From an uncultured Clostridia bacterium (lineage in GTDB: Bacteria; Bacillota; Clostridia; TANB77; CAG-508): a stretch of 16,905 nucleotides of DNA. Position 1 is the first letter of the stretch. Each line of letters begins with the position of its first letter. A program made the translations under genes and the position numbers. The stretch is taken from assembly GCA_947632145.1 (NCBI GenBank), contig CANRNW010000023.1:1-16905 (forward strand), in the 5' to 3' direction. Below, one piece after another: positions 1 to 6,754 of the stretch. Under the pieces are notes generated by a model, which saw only the letters and a program-made list of their open reading frames with translations, had not been told where the DNA came from and made no database searches.

Positions 1-183
1 TTCATTTAATCCCATTACTTGATTTTCTGCCTCCATTTGTCTTATTCTTATTATCCAAGTTGGGGCATCTGTTGTTGTTCTTGTACCAGTTGGCTTACTT
101 TGGTAATTTGCTTGTACTCCTGTTGCTAGTATTGCTATTACTACCAACATAAGTGTTATTGTTAATACTATTTTTTTCTGCAT
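1..183 (-). CDS. Secreted paralog-family protein, copy X (first 61 codons only; the gene runs off the left edge)
   Basis: Bases 1-340 are identical to 880-1219. This is therefore the same N-terminus as the next copy (MQKKIVLTITLMLVVIAILATGVQA / NYQSKPTG...), with the same GGAG RBS (193-196). Confidence 0.7.
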   Translation of the reverse strand, partial: MQKKIVLTITLMLVVIAILATGVQANYQSKPTGTRTTTDAPTWIIRIRQMEAENQVMGLNE

Positions 184-273
184 CTTCATTTTCTCCTTTG
201 TATTTTTATATAGAACTCTCCATCGTGTTAAATATGCCTTCGAAGTGTGGTTCGCATATTATGCACACCTTAC
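184..273 (-). promoter_or_regulatory. Structured 5' leader of paralog copy X (identical to leader A)
   Basis: Identical in sequence to 1063-1152. See leader A for the structure model. Confidence 0.45.
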
Positions 274-345
274 ATAAATTTTTTACTATTAACTATTTAT
301 AATATTTTTTTGATTCGAAATATACTTTAATTATATTTCATCACA

Positions 346-1062
346 TTAAAATCCAAGGCCAGACACAGCTACAGTGCGAGCGTAGCAAGTACCACTAACA
401 TCGTGGTCGTGGAAATAGAACCCTCCTCCGTAGCCACGGCAAAAGCCGTAAGTTGCAGTGCTCAGCCAGTCGCCAGAACCACTACCGTGCCATCTTCTTG
501 TTTCCATTGTTGCATCTCCTGTTTTTGCTGAAACACTACTTGTTGTATACCTATTTATGTATCTTGGTGCTATACTAGTAGATATAAATGAAGATCCACC
601 TCCCGCTGCCCATTCAGATATATCATTATTTGATATTCTCATATCATAATACCCTATTTCATATACTCCATATACATTTCCTGTTGTTGTTGCTTTTACA
701 TCTGTTCCAGATGTTGTTGTGGAACCCTTATCCATTCTTCTTTCTTCTATACTATTTCCTTGTTTTCCATAACCTGATGCTCCAAATAGCAGTGTTGCAC
801 CATATTCTGTATTTTTTGCCATATGCACATCAATATTATTTGAATCTGTTGTTGCTAGTCCTGTCGTTGTGTCAATTTTTTCATTTAATCCCATTACTTG
901 ATTTTCTGCCTCCATTTGTCTTATTCTTATTATCCAAGTTGGGGCATCTGTTGTTGTTCTTGTACCAGTTGGCTTACTTTGGTAATTTGCTTGTACTCCT
1001 GTTGCTAGTATTGCTATTACTACCAACATAAGTGTTATTGTTAATACTATTTTTTTCTGCAT
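346..1062 (-). CDS. Secreted protein of unknown function, tandem paralog A (signal peptide; Thr/Gly-rich; GC-rich Cys-containing C-terminal module)
   Basis: ORF 346..1068. The first ATG (1068) lies only 3 nt after the GGAG RBS (1075-1072). The second ATG (1062) has 9-nt spacing and matches the MQKK start of copy B. The N-terminus is K-rich, then hydrophobic, then VQA|N, a typical Sec signal peptide. I recognise no family with confidence. Confidence 0.8.
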   Translation of the reverse strand: MQKKIVLTITLMLVVIAILATGVQANYQSKPTGTRTTTDAPTWIIRIRQMEAENQVMGLNEKIDTTTGLATTDSNNIDVHMAKNTEYGATLLFGASGYGKQGNSIEERRMDKGSTTTSGTDVKATTTGNVYGVYEIGYYDMRISNNDISEWAAGGGSSFISTSIAPRYINRYTTSSVSAKTGDATMETRRWHGSGSGDWLSTATYGFCRGYGGGFYFHDHDVSGTCYARTVAVSGLGF

Positions 1063-1219
1063 CTTCATTTTCTCCTTTGTATTTTTATATAGAACTCTCC
1101 ATCGTGTTAAATATGCCTTCGAAGTGTGGTTCGCATATTATGCACACCTTACATAAATTTTTTACTATTAACTATTTATAATATTTTTTTGATTCGAAAT
1201 ATACTTTAATTATATTTCA
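880..1219. repeat. Exact 340-bp direct repeat, copy 2 (partner 1-340)
   Basis: See the 1-340 repeat feature. Confidence 0.95.
1063..1152 (-). promoter_or_regulatory. Candidate cis-regulatory RNA leader of paralog A (P1 hairpin, loop-to-internal-loop pairing, P2 with CUUC anti-SD-like arm)
   Basis: mRNA sense: GUAAGGUGUGCAUAAUAUGCGAACCACACUUCGAAGGCAUAUUUAACACGAUGGAGAGUUCU, then an A-rich linker, then AAAGGAG and AUG. It aligns without gaps over 62 nt to leader B. Of the 15 differences, 11 preserve the proposed base pairs. Confidence 0.5.
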
Positions 1220-1224
1220 CGACA

Positions 1225-1956
1225 TTAAAATCCGAGACCAGACACAACTGCAACACGACCACAGTAGGAATTATTAGAACCACTGTCGCTGAAGCAGTAA
1301 AATCCGAAAGCTCCGCTGCCACCACGTCTAAATCCGTAAGTGTAGTAATTAAGCCAAGTGGCGCTTTTACTTTCATGCCAGTGTTTTGTTTCCATTGTTG
1401 CATCTCCTGATTTTGGGTCAGCATTACTAGAACCTGCTTTATATCTATTTATGTATCTTGGTGCTATACTAGTAGATATAAATGAAGATCCACCTCCCGC
1501 TGCCCATTCAGGTGTACCAATTTTCGATGTATTCATATTATAATACCCTATTTCATATACTCCATATACATTTCCTGTTGTTGTTGCTTTTACATCTGTT
1601 CCAGATGTTGTTGTAGAACCTGTATCCATTCTTCTTTCTTCTATACTACTTCCTTGTTTTCCATAATCTGATGCTCCAAATAATACTGATGCACCATATT
1701 CTGTATTTTTTTCCATATGCACATCAATATTGTTCGAATCTGTTGTTGCTAGTCCTGTCGTTGTGTCAATTTGTTCATTTAATCCCATTACTTGATTTTC
1801 TGCCTCCATTTGTCTTATTCTTATTATCCAAGTTGGGGCATCTGTTGTTGTTCTTGTACCAGTTGGCTTACTCTGGTAATTTGCTTGTACTCCTGTTGCT
1901 AGCATTAACATTACTACTAACATAAGTACTGTTGTTAATATTATCTTTTTCTGCAT
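1225..1956 (-). CDS. Secreted protein of unknown function, tandem paralog B
   Basis: The ORF track extends to 2106, but from a GTG inside a terminator stem and across the conserved leader. The real start is ATG 1956, 8 nt after the GGAGG RBS (1969-1965), giving MQKKIILTTVLMLVVMLMLATGVQA|NYQSKPTG. The N-terminal ~175 aa are near-identical to copy A, and the C-terminal ~60 aa diverge. Confidence 0.8.
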   Translation of the reverse strand: MQKKIILTTVLMLVVMLMLATGVQANYQSKPTGTRTTTDAPTWIIRIRQMEAENQVMGLNEQIDTTTGLATTDSNNIDVHMEKNTEYGASVLFGASDYGKQGSSIEERRMDTGSTTTSGTDVKATTTGNVYGVYEIGYYNMNTSKIGTPEWAAGGGSSFISTSIAPRYINRYKAGSSNADPKSGDATMETKHWHESKSATWLNYYTYGFRRGGSGAFGFYCFSDSGSNNSYCGRVAVVSGLGF

Positions 1957-2048
1957 TTTTATTTCCTCCTTTGTTTTTATATATGTAGAACCCTCCGTCG
2001 TATTAGGTATTCCTTCGGAGTATGGGTCGCATACCATGCGCCCTCTAC
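1957..2048 (-). promoter_or_regulatory. Candidate cis-regulatory RNA leader of paralog B
   Basis: mRNA sense: GUAGAGGGCGCAUGGUAUGCGACCCAUACUCCGAAGGAAUACCUAAUACGACGGAGGGUUCU. It has the same architecture as leader A, with compensatory substitutions. Confidence 0.5.
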
Positions 2049-2092
2049 AGTTTACATTGTGTGTTTTTGTGGGCATTTTTGTGAATATTTTT

Positions 2093-2149
2093 AAAAAAAA
2101 CCACACAAAATTTTACGTGTATTATAAATACACATAGAATTTTGTGTGG
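2093..2149 (-). terminator. Intrinsic terminator (compound hairpin plus U8) acting on minus-strand transcription
   Basis: The outer stem pairs 2101-2111 (ccacacaaaat) with 2139-2149 (attttgtgtgg), 11 bp. The inner stem pairs 2117-2123 (gtgtatt) with 2127-2133 (aatacac), 7 bp. The A8 run at 2093-2100 reads as U8 immediately 3' of the hairpin on the minus strand. Confidence 0.8.
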
Positions 2150-2182
2150 TTTCTATGTTTTATATTTGTTTTTATTAAATTT

Positions 2183-2217
<35 letters not shown>

Positions 2218-2269
2218 AGTCGCAAGGGTTGTAGCGTTTTGCATTTTACATTTCTCCTTTGTACTATTT

Positions 2270-2352
2270 GGGCGCAATCATGCGCCCCTACGTTTTTTTT
2301 GGTGCAATTATGCGACCTTACGTTTTTCGGTGAGGGTGCAATCATACACCCC
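2270..2352 (-). repeat. Three tandem GC-rich hairpin units related to the P1 hairpin of the paralog leaders
   Basis: Minus sense: CGUAGG GGCGC-AUGAUU-GCGCC C (2270-2287), CGUAA GGUCGC-AUAAUU-GCACC (2301-2317) and UGUAGG GGGUGU-AUGAUU-GCACCC (2334-2352). The units are spaced ~30 nt apart. Stem positions covary (C:G in unit 1 versus U:A and U.G in unit 3). All share the YGUAR prefix seen in leaders A and B. Confidence 0.7.
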
Positions 2353-2363
2353 CTACATATATA

Positions 2364-2392
2364 AATATATACCAATATGTTTTATTTGACAA
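2364..2392 (-). promoter_or_regulatory. Candidate sigma-A promoter for the orphan hairpin/microsatellite transcript
   Basis: Minus strand: TTGTCA (2392-2387), a 17-nt spacer, then TATATT (2369-2364). The predicted start near 2356 coincides with the G of GUAGGGGG at the 5' end of hairpin unit 3. Confidence 0.45.
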
Positions 2393-2474
2393 GGTTTTTT
2401 AATTATTTTCCCTACATTTTTAACTATTGTTTCTGTTTTGCATTGTTGCATAAAATCATGTAATTATCTGTTAA

Positions 2475-3497
2475 TTAGATATTATTTAATTTTTTTGTTT
2501 CTATAACAAGTTCATCAAAGTCGGAAATGTAATTTTTATCTTGTATAATTCTATATTTTTTATATTCATCTAATGCTAATTTATCTGCTATTTCTTTTTT
2601 TATTTTTCCATTATCTTTTAGAATATTATATTCATTTATTTTTAAGAATAATTCTAGCTTTTCCTTCCATTCTTGCATTGAAATAATCTTTCCTAATTTC
2701 ACTTGTCTTTCTGCATAATCTAGATACATTGATACCAAATTGTTTAGTTCGATAATTTCTTCCTTAGAAAGATAATTTTTGGCTGTTATTACATCTGTTT
2801 CAAGTATCTTTCCATCTGGTGCATTTTTCCAAGTTGTTAATCCCATATTTTCCTTTTTACTATTAACTCTATTATAAATTATTTCAGGTGCTGTCATTCC
2901 AGTAATAGCAAAGTGCAGTTTATTTTGAACATTCTTGTAAAATTCCTGTGTTATTTCACTATTTTTATCATAATCGAAACTGCATTCTTTGTATATATCA
3001 GTTATTTTTTGATAAAATCTTCTTTCACTTGCTCTTATTTCTTTTATTTTAACTAATAATTCATCAAAGTAATCTTTTCCAAACTTAGGTCCATTTTTTA
3101 ACATTTCACTATTAACAACAAATCCTTTTTTTATGTATTCTTTTAAGGTTTTTGTAGCCCAAATCCTAAAATCTGTTGCTTCTTTTGAATTTACTCTATA
3201 GCCAACTGCTATAATCGCATCTAAATTATAAAATGTTATTTCTCTTGAAACTTTTCGAGTACCTTCATTTTGAACTACTCTAATTTTTTGAGTAGTTCGA
3301 TTTTCATTTAATTCAGCTGTTTTAAATATATTTTGTAAATGGTATGTTATATTATTTTCGGCTATATTAAATAATTTTGACATTGATTTTTGAGTTAACC
3401 AAAAGTCTTCTTCGTTATACAAAACTTCTACTGATATATTTTCATTATTTTGACTTTGATATATTATTAAATCCTTTAAATTTTCTATATTATTCAT
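2475..3497 (-). CDS. RhuM-family (virulence-associated RhuM-like) protein
   Basis: The 340-aa ORF has the characteristic RhuM core (...RKVSREITFYNLDAIIAVGYRVNSKEATDFRIWATKTLKEYIKKGF... RASERRFYQKITDIY...). An AGGTGA RBS lies 6 nt before ATG 3497. Confidence 0.85.
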   Translation of the reverse strand: MNNIENLKDLIIYQSQNNENISVEVLYNEEDFWLTQKSMSKLFNIAENNITYHLQNIFKTAELNENRTTQKIRVVQNEGTRKVSREITFYNLDAIIAVGYRVNSKEATDFRIWATKTLKEYIKKGFVVNSEMLKNGPKFGKDYFDELLVKIKEIRASERRFYQKITDIYKECSFDYDKNSEITQEFYKNVQNKLHFAITGMTAPEIIYNRVNSKKENMGLTTWKNAPDGKILETDVITAKNYLSKEEIIELNNLVSMYLDYAERQVKLGKIISMQEWKEKLELFLKINEYNILKDNGKIKKEIADKLALDEYKKYRIIQDKNYISDFDELVIETKKLNNI

Positions 3498-3614
3498 TGT
3501 TAATCACCTCAATTAGTATTTTTATACCTCTTCCCTCTGCGTTTTTATTATTTTCTTTTCATAAATAATTAAATTTCATTTATATAATTATTTTAGTGTA
3601 AAACTTTTGTTTGT

Positions 3615-3643
3615 ATTATACCAAGAACTAATATATAAATCAA
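3615..3643 (-). promoter_or_regulatory. Sigma-A promoter with extended -10, upstream of the RhuM-family gene
   Basis: Minus strand: TTGATT (3643-3638), a 17-nt spacer ending in TGg, then TATAAT (3620-3615). This predicts a 5' UTR of ~110 nt. Confidence 0.6.
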
Positions 3644-3796
3644 TACATTTATTTGCACATTTTTTATTTTTTGACACACTACCCTCATTATGGAAGATAT
3701 CCACATCAAAAAAAGATTTTAGCAATATGAGTCGTCTTGTGTGCCAAGCCGATACCGTTATAACTATAAACATAATAATATAAAATTTAAGTAATT

Positions 3797-4150
3797 TTAT
3801 ATTATTTGCAGTATGTGATTTACCTTATATTCTGAATTTTTAAAATAAACTTCTATTACATCAAATCTTATATATTCATCTTGCAGATTTCTTGTATATA
3901 CATAGTATTTAGCAGTTCTATATAAATGTTTTAATTTTTCCTTGGTAACTGCTTCTGATGGCGTTCCATATTGTTTACTACTTCTAGTTTTCACTTCTAC
4001 AAAAACTAGATATTCATCTTTTAATGCAATTATATCGATTTCTCCTACTTTACTATAAAAGTTCCTTTCTATTATCTTATAGCCTTTTTCTAGTAAATAT
4101 TCTACGGCTATATCTTCTCCATTTTTTCCTAATATATGAGGTTTGTACAT
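3797..4150 (-). CDS. yraN: YraN-family (UPF0102) putative endonuclease
   Basis: The 117-aa ORF has the typical GE.IA..YL...GY.I..RN......GEIDIIA......VFVEVK.R pattern. A GGGAGG RBS lies before ATG 4150. Confidence 0.9.
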   Translation of the reverse strand: MYKPHILGKNGEDIAVEYLLEKGYKIIERNFYSKVGEIDIIALKDEYLVFVEVKTRSSKQYGTPSEAVTKEKLKHLYRTAKYYVYTRNLQDEYIRFDVIEVYFKNSEYKVNHILQII

Positions 4151-4165
4151 AATTCCTCCCTTTTT

Positions 4166-5051
4166 TCATATTATGGTAAATGTATTTCCTGGCAATCTAT
4201 TAACATATCCTTCTAATTCTAATATTGTTAATGTTGAACTTACTTCGTTTATATCTAACTTCGTTTTTTGACATATATTATTTATATGTATTGGTTCACT
4301 TCCTAAACATTGATAAACTGTTTTATATTCTTTGGGAATTTCTTCTATATTTAACTTTTTTACATAACTATTATTTTTATTATCTACCTTTAAATCTTTT
4401 AAAAATTTGTATTCTTTCAAAATATCTTCTACTGTTATCACACATTTAGCACCGTTTTGTAATAATCTATTTGTTCCAACACCTAATTTAGCACTTATGT
4501 CGTGTGGTATACAAAATATAGGTTTTTGCTCTTGCATTGCAAATCTAGCAGTAATGCTTGTTCCGCTTCTGTGTGCCGCTTCTATAACTAGTACCCCTAT
4601 TGACATTCCACTAACTATTCTGTTTCTCTGCACAAATAATTTTGAAGCTGCTTCTGTATTATCTTCATATTCGCTAATTACAGTGCCACCATTATCTATA
4701 ATTTGGTAAAATAATTCTTTATTTTGTTTAGGATATATTTTATTTAGTCCACATCCTAAAACTGCCACAGTTTTTCCGGTTTCACCAATTGCCCCTATAT
4801 GCGCTTCAGTATCTATTCCTAGCGCCATTCCGCTATTTATACATACTCCGCACACTCGAAAGTTTTTGTGCGAAATTTCTTGCAATCTTTCTTCCAACAT
4901 CTGTGCAATTTCTTGATCCAATTATTGCAATTCCTGGTTTATTTAATAAATCTACATTTCCTAAAACATGCAACTGCTTTGGTGGATTATTTATATTTCT
5001 CAAAATTTTAGGATATTCATCATCTTCTAATTTTATTTGTTTTATTTTCAT
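4166..5051 (-). CDS. dprA: DNA-processing protein DprA; reading frame interrupted once (surplus C at 4850)
   Basis: ORFs 4833..5051 and 4166..4921 join to ...GIAIIGSRNCTDVGRKIARNFAQKLSSV-GVCINSGMALGIDTEAH... when base 4850 is skipped. The joined length minus 1 is 885 nt, or 295 codons. The ATG at 5051 overlaps the comM stop (TAATG). Confidence 0.9.
4847..4850 (-). other. Zero-frame CGG / +1 shift site in dprA (GUG-C-GGA)
   Basis: Codon 68 of ORF 4833..5051 is CGG (4850-4848). GGA at 4849-4847 is in frame with ORF 4166..4921. Confidence 0.85.
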
Positions 5052-6592
5052 TACTTATTTCCCCAATACTTTCTATCAAGATTTCTATATTGTATTGCTT
5101 CTGCAATATGAACTGGTAGTATATTTTCTTCTCCTGCTAAATCTGCAATAGTCCTTGATACTTTCAATATTCTTCCATATGCTCTTGCACTTAACCCTAA
5201 TTTTTTAAACGCATTTTCTAGTATTCTTTTACCACTTTCATCTAGTTTGCAATATTTATCTATTAACTTTGGTGTTAACTCTGAATTAGAAAAAATTTTA
5301 TTGTTTTTATATCTCTCTAACTGTATTTTCCTTGCCTTATTTACTCTTTCTTTAATTTGCTCAGATGTTTCTGGCTTAACATCTGATTCTAATTTTTCAT
5401 ATTTAACTGGTGTTACTTCTATATGAATATCAATTCTGTCTAATAATGGTCCACTTATTTTTCCCATATATTTTGCAATTTGTTGTGGAGTACAATTACA
5501 TTCTTTATCTTTAGAACCGATAATAACCACAAGGGCATGGATTCATACTTGCAATTAAAACAAATTTTGCAGGATATGTTAAACTTGCATTTACTCTGCT
5601 TATTGTTACCTCTCCATCTTCTAATGGTACTCTCAAAACCTCTAGCGTGTTTTTTGCGAATTCTGGTAATTCATCTAAAAATAGCACTCCAAAATGAGCC
5701 AAACTTATTTCTCCGTGGTTTTGGTATTTTTCCACCTCCAGTTAACGAAACTGCTGAAACTGTGTGATGAGGTGCTCTGAAAGGTCTTGTTGTAATTAAA
5801 GGAATATTGCTTGGTAATGTACCGGCTATGCTATGTATTTTTGTTATTTCTAATGCTTCATCAAAACTTAAATCTGGTAATATCGTTGGCAATCTTCTTG
5901 CCATCATTGTTTTTCCTGATCCGTGGGCTTCCTATAAGTAGGCAATTATGGCCTCCTGCTGCAGATATTTCTAGAGCTCTTTTTATATTTTCTTGACCTT
6001 TTACCTCAGAAAAATCTAATAGAGAATTTTGATTATCTTCAAATAATTTATCTACATTTACAGTTTCAAAATTGATTTCTTCTGTCTTATTTAAAAAATC
6101 TATTACTTGCTTTAAATTTTTTGCTGGTATTACATTTATATTTTTTACTATTGCAGCTTCTTTTGCATTTTCTTCTGGTAAAATTACATTTTTTATACCT
6201 AATCTTGAAGCTTCTATACACATTGGTAAAACACCTTTTACTTTATTTAATTTACCATTTAAAGATAGTTCTCCGATGAATACATAATCTGAAATATTAA
6301 CAGTTTCAATCGTTTCAGTAGCCATTAGTATTCCTATTGCAATTGGTAAATCAAATAAAGATCCCTCTTTTTTAGTATTTGCTGGTGCTAAATTAACAAG
6401 TATTCTTCTGCTTGGAAATTCAATATCTGAATTTTTTATTGCAGTTTTTACTCTTTCTTTTGCTTCTTTTACACTAACATCTGGAAGACCTACTACTTCC
6501 CAAGATGGTAAGCCAGAAGAAACATCGACTTGAACTTCTATTAAATAACCATCAAGCCCATGTAATCCCATACTCTTTACTATGGATAACAT
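5051..6592 (-). CDS. comM: ComM/YifB-family Mg-chelatase-like AAA+ ATPase; reading frame interrupted three times (surplus C at 5923, 5715, 5519)
   Basis: Four overlapping ORFs join to ...[31 protein letters not shown]...[27 protein letters not shown]...[28 protein letters not shown].... The joined length minus 3 is 1539 nt, or 513 codons. Confidence 0.9.
5516..5519 (-). other. Zero-frame CGG / +1 shift site in comM (UAU-C-GGU)
   Basis: Codon 73 of ORF 5511..5735 is CGG (5519-5517). GGT at 5518-5516 is codon 5 of ORF 5051..5530. Confidence 0.85.
5712..5715 (-). other. Zero-frame CGG / +1 shift site in comM (CCA-C-GGA)
   Basis: Codon 65 of ORF 5671..5907 is CGG (5715-5713). GGA at 5714-5712 is codon 8 of ORF 5511..5735. 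Confidence 0.85.
5920..5923 (-). other. Zero-frame CGG / +1 shift site in comM, inside the Walker A motif (CCA-C-GGA)
   Basis: Codon 224 of ORF 5861..6592 is CGG (5923-5921). GGA at 5922-5920 is in frame with ORF 5671..5907 and gives GSPGSGKT. Confidence 0.85.
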
Positions 6593-6733
6593 ATGTTCAC
6601 TTCCTTATTAAATTGTTTTGTTATTTGGAAATTTTAATTAGAAAAAAATTTTTTGAATTAAATTATTTTAAGTTTACAGTAGTTTTATTAAAATTGCAAT
6701 AAAAATCGTATTACAAATTTCGACAAATTAAAT

Positions 6734-6754
6734 AAAAGTGGCAAAACCACTTTT
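6734..6754 (-). terminator. Hairpin terminator overlapping the spoIIE stop codon
   Basis: aaaagtgg (6734-6741), caaaa loop, ccactttt (6747-6754). On the minus strand the hairpin is followed by AUUUAAUUUG. The stop codon is at 6755-6753. Confidence 0.55.

Larger units (their letters stand above)
1..340. repeat. Exact 340-bp direct repeat, copy 1 (partner 880-1219, offset 879 bp)
   Basis: A base-by-base comparison of 1-340 with 880-1219 showed no mismatch. The first differences are at 341-342 versus 1220-1221. The repeat covers the 5' 183 nt of the paralog CDS plus its whole upstream leader/intergenic region. Confidence 0.95.

Noticed and set aside
588-1031. Long plus-strand ORFs antisense to real genes (for example 588..1031, 1671..1925, 4407..4709, 4789..5151, 9070..9456, 9282..9617, 13834..14172)
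   Set aside because: They are Leu/Phe/Ile-rich low-complexity translations typical of the reverse strand of AT-rich genes. They have no RBS and each is fully overlapped by a recognisable minus-strand gene.
1091-1110. A preQ1-I-like sequence (AGAGUUCUAUAUAAAAAUACAAAGGAG resembles AGAGGUUCUAGCUACACCCUCUAUAAAAAACUAAGG)
   Set aside because: The closing CCCUCU strand of the preQ1-I hairpin is absent, and GGAG is instead paired to an upstream CUUC/CUCC in both copies. The resemblance is limited to a few bases plus an A-rich tail.
1189-1200. The tRNA T-loop-like string UUCGAAUC upstream of leader A (also at 310-321)
   Set aside because: There is no flanking T-stem complementarity, acceptor stem or anticodon arm, so this is a chance 8-mer.
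1957-2106. The N-terminal 50-aa extension of paralog B (ORF-track start at 2106)
   Set aside because: It starts at a GTG inside the terminator stem and has no RBS. It translates the conserved non-coding leader. The MQKK start at 1956 has a GGAGG RBS and matches copy A.
2270-2352. A mini CRISPR array, considered because three ~20-nt palindromic repeats sit at ~30-nt spacing
   Set aside because: There are only three units and the repeats are imperfect and covarying rather than identical. The spacers are ~10-15 nt and T-rich, and no cas genes are present. The units are clearly related to the leader hairpin of the adjacent genes.
3588-3773. The 61-aa ORF between yraN and the RhuM-family gene
   Set aside because: It has no RBS and an odd composition, and it contains the strong RhuM promoter (3615-3643). 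It is more likely non-coding.
6718-6727. A perfect Spo0A-box-like TTTGTCGAAA between spoIIE and comM, and a partial one (TTTGTCAG) upstream of spoIIE at about 9025-9032
   Set aside because: A single 7-10-mer is expected by chance in 17 kb of AT-rich DNA. The perfect one lies downstream of spoIIE, not upstream. This is not enough to call a regulatory site.
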